14,650 nucleotides of DNA from Propionibacteriaceae bacterium (lineage in GTDB: Bacteria; Actinomycetota; Actinomycetes; Propionibacteriales; Propionibacteriaceae): contig WRFI01000030.1 of assembly GCA_009778875.1 (NCBI GenBank), forward strand, positions 1 through 14,650. The letters run 5' to 3'. The translations under genes were made by a program, and so were the position numbers. Shown here piece by piece: positions 1 through 7,520 of this stretch (within the stretch, counting starts at the first letter, position 1; every line of letters begins with the position of its first letter). Under the pieces are notes generated by a model that searched no databases, was not told where the DNA came from, and was given only the letters and a program-made list of their open reading frames with translations.

Positions 1-77
1 ACTCTCACGCCTTGCGGCACAGGAACCTAAATCCTGGGCGTCTACCAATTCCGCCACTCCGACTTAGAGGCACAAGC

Positions 78-1238
78 TTACCGCGACAGCGAACCCCGCA
101 AGCGCCGCAGCGAGTCGGCGAACGCCTCCGGCTCGGGTAGCAGCGAGACGGCGATCGAGCCGGCGGACGTCACGTCATAAAACCAGCCGGGGTGAGCGGC
201 CAGCCCGTCGGCCAGCAGGCGGCGGACCAGTTCGTCGTCGTCCAGGACGCGCGGCACGTCGATCAGCGCCGTCCAGCCGCCCTCGGTGTGACGGACGCGG
301 TAGTCGTCGCCCAGGCCCTGTAGGGACGCCAAGTTGGTGGCGCACCGCGCCCGGATGCGGGCGACGCTCGAATCGGCCAGGGCCAGCAACTCGGGCAGCG
401 CGCAGGCGGCCGGCGAGTTGACGGACAAGAAGGTGTCGGCCACCGTGTCCAACACATCGGCCAGCGGCGACGTCAGTTCGGCCGAGCCGGACAGTCTCAG
501 CCAGCTCACCTTCAATTGGGGTGCGGCAAGCAGCTTCGACAGCCCGTCCAAGGTGATGACGACGGCCCCGGTGCCAGCCGCCGCGTCAGCCACTGGGCGA
601 TGCACCACAGCACCGTCCAACCGGAAGGGGAAGAACACCTCGTCGGCGATCAGGGGAACCCCGGCATTCGCGCACGCCTCGCCCAGTGCCGCCGCGGCGG
701 GCGGGTCGACGTAGGCGCCCGTCGGGTTGTTGGGGTTGACGACCACCATCGCCCGCACCTGCTCGGCGACGCGGCGGGCCGCGTCAAGGTTGAGTTCCCA
801 GCCGTGCGGGTGCACGTAGAAGGACGGGTAGGGCACCGCCTGCAGCCCGGCCAGCCTGGCCAACGGTTCGACCAGCGGATATCCCGGCACCGGGACGCCC
901 ACGGTCTCGCCCGGCTCGGCCAACACGGTGAACAACCAGCTGTAGGCCTCCGATGTGGAGGCCGTCAGCCAGTAGTCGTCCGCCTGTCCGCCGAAGCGGG
1001 CCGCCAACGCCTGCCGGGCCGGCAGCCACCCCTTGGGGTCGGGTGCGTAGCGTGCCGCCTCGTCCAGGTGCTTGGCCAGCACTTCCATCACAGCCGGGTC
1101 CATCAGCCCATGCCTGGTCGGGTTGGAATCGGTGAGATCCCAGATGGCATCACCCCGCGCCTGGGCCGCCTGCCGCGCCGCGGCCAAGTCGTTGGGCGGC
1201 TCGAAAGCTACCCTGGACGACAACCGCAGCGGCCGCAT
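78..1238 (-). CDS. Class I/II pyridoxal-phosphate-dependent aminotransferase
   Basis: 386-aa ORF. Contains the aminotransferase fold-type I motif VVNPNNPTGA and a PLP-lysine region (LSKLL...). ATG at 1238 overlaps the upstream epimerase stop by 1 nt (TGATG on minus strand). TAA stop at 78-80. Confidence 0.8.
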   Translation of the reverse strand: MRPLRLSSRVAFEPPNDLAAARQAAQARGDAIWDLTDSNPTRHGLMDPAVMEVLAKHLDEAARYAPDPKGWLPARQALAARFGGQADDYWLTASTSEAYSWLFTVLAEPGETVGVPVPGYPLVEPLARLAGLQAVPYPSFYVHPHGWELNLDAARRVAEQVRAMVVVNPNNPTGAYVDPPAAAALGEACANAGVPLIADEVFFPFRLDGAVVHRPVADAAAGTGAVVITLDGLSKLLAAPQLKVSWLRLSGSAELTSPLADVLDTVADTFLSVNSPAACALPELLALADSSVARIRARCATNLASLQGLGDDYRVRHTEGGWTALIDVPRVLDDDELVRRLLADGLAAHPGWFYDVTSAGSIAVSLLPEPEAFADSLRRLRGSLSR

Positions 1239-2245
1239 CAGGCGTCGTTGAGTTGTGAGATGGCCACCAGCTTGTCGAAGGCCGCGTCCAGCTTGGCGTC
1301 CACGACGGCCAACTCCGGGTGAGCCTCGAAGGCCGCGACGATCTCGCGGGCACCCTGCCAGAACGGCACTTTGGTGGCGAACCCGGGACGCAGCGCCCGC
1401 ACCTTAGAGCAGTCGAAGACGGCACAACCGGCCTTGTCACCGGCCAGTTCCGGCCACCAGTCGGGCAGCACCCGGCCGATGGTCTCGCTGGCCACATGGG
1501 CGATCTTGACGTCCTGCACCCCGGCCGCCTCGGCCAGCGCCGTCGCGATGGCGTCCCACGTCATGACGCAATCGCCCGTGATCTGGTAGGCCTCGCCGCG
1601 GGCCGCCGGATTGCCCAACAGCCCGGCAAACATGTAGGCGAAATCGCTGGCGTGGGTCAGGGTCCAAAGGCTCGTCCCGTCCCCCCAAAGCACCATGGGC
1701 TTGCCGGCGCGGGCGCGGGCAATCTGCGTCCACCGCCCCAGCAGCGGCATCATGAACTGGTCATAGGTGTGGGAGGGACGAACGATCGTGCCCGGGAAAC
1801 CCTCGCTACGCCAAAGGCCCACCAGGTAATCCTCGCAAGCGATCTTGTCGCGCGAGTATTGCCAGTAGTCGTTGCGCAGCGGCGTCGACTCGGTGATCGG
1901 CAGGGGAGGCAGTGGCCTTTTTTGGTAGGCGGACGCCGACGAGATGAACACATATTGGCCGACGTGGCCGCGCAACAGGTCGACGTTGCGGCGCAGCCGT
2001 GCCGTCGTGAACGACATGAAGTCGGCCACGACGTCAAAGTTGCGCCCATCGAGGGCGGCGGCCGTCGACGCGTCGTCCTCGATGTCGGCGTGCAGGCTCG
2101 CCACCCCTTCGGGCAGTGGCCGCAGCTTCGATTTGCCGCGGTTCAGCACCGTCACGTCGAACCCGACGTCCCGCGCCTCACTCACGCAGGCGGAACTGAT
2201 GGTGCCGGTCCCGCCGATGAAAAGAACACTCGGGTTGCCTGTCAT
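1238..2245 (-). CDS. NAD-dependent epimerase/dehydratase (extended SDR family)
   Basis: 335 aa. N-terminal Rossmann motif FIGGTGTISS and catalytic YxxxK (YSRDK). AAGGAGG RBS upstream of ATG 2245, overlapping the SPFH gene stop. Translationally coupled to the downstream aminotransferase. Confidence 0.8.
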   Translation of the reverse strand: MTGNPSVLFIGGTGTISSACVSEARDVGFDVTVLNRGKSKLRPLPEGVASLHADIEDDASTAAALDGRNFDVVADFMSFTTARLRRNVDLLRGHVGQYVFISSASAYQKRPLPPLPITESTPLRNDYWQYSRDKIACEDYLVGLWRSEGFPGTIVRPSHTYDQFMMPLLGRWTQIARARAGKPMVLWGDGTSLWTLTHASDFAYMFAGLLGNPAARGEAYQITGDCVMTWDAIATALAEAAGVQDVKIAHVASETIGRVLPDWWPELAGDKAGCAVFDCSKVRALRPGFATKVPFWQGAREIVAAFEAHPELAVVDAKLDAAFDKLVAISQLNDA

Positions 2246-2254
2246 GGCGCCTCC

Positions 2255-3346
2255 TTATGCGCTGGTGTTGACCACCGGGGTGGCCCGCGAATCCGAGCAC
2301 AACACCACCAGCAGGTTGGCCACCATGGACGCCTTCTGCGGGTCGGTCAGCGAGACGATGTGATCCTGCTCCAGGCGGTCGAGGGCGTCCTGAACCATCA
2401 TGACGGCGCCTTCGACGATCTTCTGCCGGGCGGCGATCAGGGCGCTGGCCTGCTGGCGTTGCAGCATCGCCTGCGCGATCTCGGGGGCATAGGACAGCGA
2501 CGAGATGCGCGTCTCAATCACCTGGATGCCGGCGATCTGGACGCGGCTGGCCACCTCTTCGGCCAACTCGCGGGCGACGGCCTCCGTCGAACCGCGCAGC
2601 GACTCTTTGGTCGGGTCCGACGTGTCATACGGGTGGGACGAGGCCACGTGACGCAGCGCCGACTCCGACTGCGCGGCGACGAACTGCTCCGAATACTCGA
2701 CGCCGAACACCGCCTTGGCCGTGTCAGCCACCCGCCACACGATGATGGCCGCAATGTTGATCGGGTTGCCGTCGGCGTCGTTGACCTTCAGCTCGTGCGT
2801 CTCAAAGTTACGCACCTTGACGCTGACGTGACGCGGTGACGTGAACGGCACCGTCATGTTGATGCCGGTGTGCCGGATCGTCCCGATGTAGTTGCCGAAG
2901 AAGGTCAGGACGATGGTGTCGCCCGGGCTGACGATCTTGATGCTTGTCACCAGCAGGAAGGCGATGACGCACAAGATGATGCCAATGAGGATGCCACCGC
3001 CGCCGCCGTAACCACTGGAGGCGCTGCTGGCGTTCATGGCAATCAAGACGATGCCACCAATCCACAGCACCAAGTCGAGGACCAGTGCCAGCAGGCCGCT
3101 GATCGACCAGGCAGCCTTCTCTTGAATGTCAGGACGTGCGGTGGTGGTGGCGGCGTAGGCCGTGGGCATCGGCCCGGGTGCCACGGGTTGGCCCTGTGGG
3201 GGCATTCCAGCCCAGGGCTGGCCAGGAATCGGTGCGGCGGCCATTGGCGCACCGGCCATCGGTGCGGCCGGGGCCATCTGCCATGGTGCGGGTGCCTGGT
3301 CAGGCACGCCGGGCATGGGTGAGGGGGTAATAGTTGGATCGCTCAT
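2255..3346 (-). CDS. SPFH/band-7 (stomatin/prohibitin-like) membrane protein with Pro/Ala/Met-rich N-terminal tail
   Basis: 363 aa. Low-complexity Pro-rich N-terminus, then hydrophobic TM segments ([34 protein letters not shown]). The SPFH-like core shows alternating beta/alpha pattern plus a C-terminal coiled region ([18 protein letters not shown]). Start codon uncertain: GGAGG lies only 1 nt from ATG 3346. Confidence 0.65.
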   Translation of the reverse strand: MSDPTITPSPMPGVPDQAPAPWQMAPAAPMAGAPMAAAPIPGQPWAGMPPQGQPVAPGPMPTAYAATTTARPDIQEKAAWSISGLLALVLDLVLWIGGIVLIAMNASSASSGYGGGGGILIGIILCVIAFLLVTSIKIVSPGDTIVLTFFGNYIGTIRHTGINMTVPFTSPRHVSVKVRNFETHELKVNDADGNPINIAAIIVWRVADTAKAVFGVEYSEQFVAAQSESALRHVASSHPYDTSDPTKESLRGSTEAVARELAEEVASRVQIAGIQVIETRISSLSYAPEIAQAMLQRQQASALIAARQKIVEGAVMMVQDALDRLEQDHIVSLTDPQKASMVANLLVVLCSDSRATPVVNTSA

Positions 3347-3384
3347 GCCTCCAAGCCTAGACGTATCCGGATTAAGATGGGAAC

Positions 3385-4290
3385 GTGCGTGCCGCCCTCA
3401 TCGCCAATCCGAATCTGAAAGCCGCCACCGCGGCAATCCGGGCCGTCCGGGCCGCCAGCCGTCTGAAAGGCTGGGACGAGCCGATGGTGCTGCAGACCAC
3501 CACGGAGCACCCCGGCCAAGAGCAAACCTGGGACGCACTGGATGCGGACGTTGACCGCATCGTCGTGGCCGGCGGCGACGGCACCGTGCGTCTGGTGGCC
3601 GGAGCCCTGGCGGAATCGGGCGAGCTGACCGGCCTGGGCATCGTGCCAATCGGCGCCGCCAACATCGTCGCCCGGAATCTCGGCCTGTACCCGGGTCCGC
3701 TGGAGACCGCTGCCATGACCGCACTGACTGGGCGTCGGCGTCCCCTTTCCGTCAGCTGGGTGGCCTTCCGCCGCAAGGCGCAATCCGGCGACATCACCCC
3801 CATGCTGGCGGTCGCCGGCATCGGACGGGACGGCGAGGCGGTGGCCGCCACCCAGCCGTGGATGAAACGTCGCGGCGGCTGGATGGCCTACGCCGCGACC
3901 GGCGCCCGACAGGCGCTGCGCCCGGCCATACCGATGAAGGTCACCATCGACGACGGTCCGGCCGAAATGATTCGGGCCTGGAGCGTGCTGGCCGCCAACT
4001 TGCCGCGCGTCCCCATGGGCGTCGTGGCGTTTCCGGACGCGAGCCCCGGTGCCCGTTCGATGCAGGTGCTTCAGGTGTGTCTGAAAAACCCCGCCGAGTG
4101 GGTGCCCGTCGCCGTCAAGGGCCTGACGCACCACGACGCCCCCGTGTCCGCGCTGAAATACTGCAAAGCCGAGCGCCTGCTGGTGGAGCCCGGGCGGCCC
4201 ATGCCCGTCCAGATCGATGGCGACCTGATGCCGGATGTCGCGGCGATGAGCGTGACGCTGCAGCCCGCCGCGATTTACGTCGTCACCTAG
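3385..4290 (+). CDS. Diacylglycerol-kinase catalytic-domain lipid kinase (DAGK_cat / YegS-like)
   Basis: 301 aa. GTG start. N-terminal AALIANPN strand and the hallmark VVAGGDGTV motif of the DAGK/NAD-kinase/sphingosine-kinase superfamily. Divergent from the SPFH operon. Confidence 0.8.
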   Translation: MRAALIANPNLKAATAAIRAVRAASRLKGWDEPMVLQTTTEHPGQEQTWDALDADVDRIVVAGGDGTVRLVAGALAESGELTGLGIVPIGAANIVARNLGLYPGPLETAAMTALTGRRRPLSVSWVAFRRKAQSGDITPMLAVAGIGRDGEAVAATQPWMKRRGGWMAYAATGARQALRPAIPMKVTIDDGPAEMIRAWSVLAANLPRVPMGVVAFPDASPGARSMQVLQVCLKNPAEWVPVAVKGLTHHDAPVSALKYCKAERLLVEPGRPMPVQIDGDLMPDVAAMSVTLQPAAIYVVT

Positions 4291-4293
4291 GCG

Positions 4294-4845
4294 TCACTGC
4301 AGCAGGTCAACTGAGTCGACGATCTGGATCTGCGGTTCGTAAAGATCCATGACGTAAAGGCCCGCGGCGTGGTTGGCGTCGGTTGAACTGGCGCAGGCGT
4401 CGGCGACGATGGTGACGCTGGCCCCTCCGTCAGCGGCCGCCAGGGCCGTCGCCAGCACGCAGCAGTCGGTCGAACAACCGGCCAGCACTAACTGGGGGTT
4501 GGGGCCAAGCAAGCTGCGCAGGCGCAAACCCCACTTTGAGAAGGTTGGCTCGTCAATCGTGTGGAACCGGCTCAACTGCACGGCTTCCGGCACGAGGTTG
4601 AACATCGGGTCGCTGGCCGGTTTGTCGACGAACGCCCACTTCTTGAAATAGGCCTGCCACGAGCCCTGACGGTCGTCCGGCGGCACCCACCTCGACACCA
4701 GAATATTGTTGCCGAACAATGGGGCAATCTGACGCGCGACGTCCAGGGCGTCATAGAAATGCGGGACCGTCCAAAGCGACTTCGGGTCGGCGAAGACCAC
4801 CTGCGGATCCACCACCAGCAGCCAGGGGTCCCGTGAATCAGACAT
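4294..4845 (-). CDS. Isochorismatase-family cysteine hydrolase
   Basis: 183 aa from ATG 4845 (MSDSRDPWLLVVDPQ...). Contains the conserved LVLAGCSTDCCVLATALAA catalytic-Cys motif. The track ORF 4294..5274 is an N-terminal over-extension. TGA stop at 4294-4296 is convergent with the lipid kinase, 3 nt apart. Confidence 0.8.
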   Translation of the reverse strand: MSDSRDPWLLVVDPQVVFADPKSLWTVPHFYDALDVARQIAPLFGNNILVSRWVPPDDRQGSWQAYFKKWAFVDKPASDPMFNLVPEAVQLSRFHTIDEPTFSKWGLRLRSLLGPNPQLVLAGCSTDCCVLATALAAADGGASVTIVADACASSTDANHAAGLYVMDLYEPQIQIVDSVDLLQ

Positions 4846-5043
4846 TGTCGTCCTCCATCCTTGTCGGCGCGACGGACGTGGCGCCCGCATCGCAGCTTCG
4901 CTCAACACCATCCTAATGTGGTGGCGTCCACGCCGGGCGACGGACGCGACGTGTCCCCGTGACTGACGGTCAATACCCCCAGGGATGATTTTTATGTCCC
5001 GGCCGGTTGAGTAGGCTAGACGTCTTGATAGAAAGTGGGAGCG

Positions 5044-7101
5044 ATGACCGATCTCCAGTGGACAGCCGACGACCAGCGGGCCGTCGATACAGCGAAAATT
5101 CTGGCGGCCGATGCCGTGCAGAAGGCGGGCAACGGGCACCCCGGCACGGCAATTTCGATGGCGGGCGCCGCCTATCTGCTTTACGCCAAGGTGATGAACC
5201 TCGACCCGGCGGACGACAAATGGCTGGGCCGTGACCGGTTCATCCTGTCGAGCGGGCACGCCTCGATTCTGCAATACAACCAGCTTTACCTGGGCGGGCT
5301 GGGGCTTGAGCTGGACGACCTAAAGGCTCTGCGCACGGCCGGCTCGTTGACGCCGGGGCACCCCGAGTACGGGCACACCAAGTTCATCGAGGCCACAACC
5401 GGGCCGCTGGGTGCGGGCGTCAGCAATGCCGTCGGCATGGCGATGGCGGTGCGGCGCCAGCGTCACCTTTATGACCCGGCAGCCAGCGGGGCGTCCGTCT
5501 TTGACCATTTCGTCTACTGCGTGACGGGCGACGGCTGCCTGCAAGAGGGTGTGGCCGCCGAGGCCGCCGCGTTGGCCGGCGTCCAGCGCCTGGGCAACCT
5601 GGTGCTGATCTACGACGACAACAACATCACCATCGAGGGCGACACGAAGATCGCCTTCACCGAGGACGTCCTGGCCCGCTTCGCCGCCTACGGCTGGCAC
5701 ACCCAGGAGGTGTCGTGGCGGGGCGACGGCACAGCCTACCGGGAGGACATCCCGGCCCTTTACGACGCCATCCTCAAGGCTCAGACCGTCACTGATCAGC
5801 CGTCGATCATCAAGCTCAACACCGTCATCGCTTGGCCGTCGCCGACCATGGCCGGCAGCGAAAAGACGCACGGCGCCGCGCTGGGGGCCGACGAGATCAG
5901 CCGGCTGAAGGCCCTGCTGGGCTTCGAGGATCAGCCTTTCGCGATTGACGAGGCGCTGGTCGGTCGTCTTCGGGCGAACCTGGCCGCCCGCGGCGCGGCA
6001 GCTCGCGCGGCTTGGGATGTGCGGTTCGACGCGTGGCGCAGCGCCCAGCCATCGCAGGCGGCGGTGCTCGACCGGGTGATGGCCGGCCAGTTGCCCGATG
6101 ATCTGACGTGGCCGGCGTTCGACGCCGACACCAGCACGCGGGCGGCGTCCGGTGCCGTGCTGAGCGCGCTGGCGCCGCAGTTGCCTGAACTGTGGGGCGG
6201 CTCGGCCGACCTGGCGGGCAGCAACGACACCACCATGAAGGGTGAGCCCAGCTTCCTGCCGGACGACCGCGTCAGTGCCGATTGGCCCGGTGGCCCCGGT
6301 GGGCGGACGCTGCACTTCGGTATTCGCGAACACGCCATGGGCGGCGTCCTCAACGGCATGAACCTTGAGGGGCTGACAAGGGCATACGGCGGCACGTTCT
6401 TCGTCTTCAGCGACTACATGCGCCCGGCGGTTCGCCTGGCGGCGCTGATGGGCGTGCCCAGCATCTTCGTCTGGACGCACGACTCGGTCGGCGTGGGCGA
6501 GGACGGTCCGACTCATCAGCCGGTCGAGCATCTGGCGGCCTACCGGGCGATACCGGGTCTGGCGGTCGTCCGTCCCGCGGACGCGAACGAGACGGTCGTC
6601 GCCTGGCGCGAGATTCTGCGACGCCATGACGGTCCCGCCGCCCTGATACTGACCCGGCAAAACGTCCCGACGGTCAAGCGCGGCGACGACGGGTGCGCGT
6701 CGGCCGACGGTCTGGCCAAGGGCGGCTACGTGCTGCGCGACGCCACCGGTGGTGCGCCGAAGGTTGTGTTGATCGCGACGGGCTCGGAGGTGTCGCTGGC
6801 TTTGGCGGCGGCCGCCACGTTGGAGGCCGAGGGGACGCCCACCCGCGTCGTCTCAATGCCCTGCCAAGAGTGGTTCGATGAGCAACCGGCCGACTACCGG
6901 GCGCAGGTGCTGCCCGCGGGGACGGTGCGCGTCAGCGTCGAGGCCGGCATCGCGATGGGCTGGGCGAAGTACTTGGGCGACAGGGGCGCCAGCGTCTCGC
7001 TGGAGCACTTCGGGGCGTCAGCCTCCGGCCCCTGGCTGTTCGAGCAGTACGGTTTCACGGCGGCACACATCGTCGAGGTGGTCAAGACCCTGCTGAAGTA
7101 G
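5044..7101 (+). CDS. tkt: Transketolase
   Basis: 685 aa from ATG 5044, preceded by the GGGAG RBS at 5036-5040. ThDP-binding motifs GNGHPGTA and GDGCLQEG, and a C-terminal transketolase domain. Strong similarity of the AADAVQKAGNGHPGTA region to actinobacterial Tkt. Confidence 0.95.
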   Translation: MTDLQWTADDQRAVDTAKILAADAVQKAGNGHPGTAISMAGAAYLLYAKVMNLDPADDKWLGRDRFILSSGHASILQYNQLYLGGLGLELDDLKALRTAGSLTPGHPEYGHTKFIEATTGPLGAGVSNAVGMAMAVRRQRHLYDPAASGASVFDHFVYCVTGDGCLQEGVAAEAAALAGVQRLGNLVLIYDDNNITIEGDTKIAFTEDVLARFAAYGWHTQEVSWRGDGTAYREDIPALYDAILKAQTVTDQPSIIKLNTVIAWPSPTMAGSEKTHGAALGADEISRLKALLGFEDQPFAIDEALVGRLRANLAARGAAARAAWDVRFDAWRSAQPSQAAVLDRVMAGQLPDDLTWPAFDADTSTRAASGAVLSALAPQLPELWGGSADLAGSNDTTMKGEPSFLPDDRVSADWPGGPGGRTLHFGIREHAMGGVLNGMNLEGLTRAYGGTFFVFSDYMRPAVRLAALMGVPSIFVWTHDSVGVGEDGPTHQPVEHLAAYRAIPGLAVVRPADANETVVAWREILRRHDGPAALILTRQNVPTVKRGDDGCASADGLAKGGYVLRDATGGAPKVVLIATGSEVSLALAAAATLEAEGTPTRVVSMPCQEWFDEQPADYRAQVLPAGTVRVSVEAGIAMGWAKYLGDRGASVSLEHFGASASGPWLFEQYGFTAAHIVEVVKTLLK

Positions 7102-7121
7102 AGGTCTATGCTTTTCCTTGT

Positions 7122-7143
7122 GCCAATCGGACAGGGGATTGGC
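7122..7143. promoter_or_regulatory. 7-8-7 inverted repeat GCCAATC-N8-GATTGGC immediately downstream of tkt and upstream of the novel cluster
   Basis: Perfect 7-bp arms at 7122-7128 and 7137-7143, followed by an ATTGG direct repeat. Located 21 nt after the tkt stop and 29 nt before the start of the small ORF. Could be an operator or a stem-loop. Confidence 0.25.
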
Positions 7144-7171
7144 ATTGGTGGCGCGACGAAGGGAGCTGCTG

Positions 7172-7510
7172 ATGGCGACTTCGGATCAGGTTTATGCGGC
7201 CTGGGCAAAGGCCTGCACGTATCGGGATGACTACTGGAGGGGTGGGTATTCGCCAATGTTCCGGCGAATGAAGCTAGCCATGGAGGGTGGGGCCTGGACT
7301 TCCACCTCCACGCCCGGCACATCTGGGCGCAACCCGGCCGATCAGTTCTACGACGACTTGACGGTTCAACAGGGCCTGCTCGACGGGATGCTCAACGACG
7401 TGTGCGACACATTATGGGACCAGTACGTCCTGGTGCGCGCCCGGGAGGAGGCCGCGGCCGCCGCTGCGGCCCATCAGAGGCTTATCTCCCAGTTGAGCCA
7501 TCTGCGCTAG
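7172..7510 (+). CDS. Hypothetical small protein (112 aa), predicted helical, WRG motif near N-terminus
   Basis: ATG 7172 is preceded by the GAAGGGAG RBS with a 6-nt spacer. The track ORF starts at an upstream TTG. No recognised domain. Ala-run (EEAAAAAAAH) near the C-terminus. Low-GC3 codons unlike the neighbouring tkt. Confidence 0.5.
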   Translation: MATSDQVYAAWAKACTYRDDYWRGGYSPMFRRMKLAMEGGAWTSTSTPGTSGRNPADQFYDDLTVQQGLLDGMLNDVCDTLWDQYVLVRAREEAAAAAAAHQRLISQLSHLR

Positions 7511-7520
7511 TGAGGTTGTG

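Noticed and set aside
516-1322. 268-aa plus-strand ORF opposite the aminotransferase
   Set aside because: Antisense to the aminotransferase gene. Gly/Arg/Pro-rich artefact.
1319-2839. 506-aa plus-strand ORF
   Set aside because: It lies antisense across the well-supported epimerase and SPFH genes. It is Arg/Gly/Pro-rich with no motifs, the typical high-GC antisense ORF artefact.
3343-4134. 263-aa minus-strand ORF (and the 159-aa and 108-aa ORFs) opposite the lipid kinase
   Set aside because: Antisense to the DAGK-family gene carrying the GGDGT motif. No RBS or motif support.
4846-5274. Upstream extension of the isochorismatase ORF to 326 aa
   Set aside because: The extension overlaps the tkt start region on the opposite strand and is Arg-rich junk. 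The conserved domain starts at MSDSRDPWLLVVD (ATG 4845).
5320-6660. 446-aa minus-strand ORF inside tkt
   Set aside because: Fully antisense to the strongly supported transketolase CDS. The Arg/Gly/Pro-rich composition is characteristic of spurious GC-rich frames.
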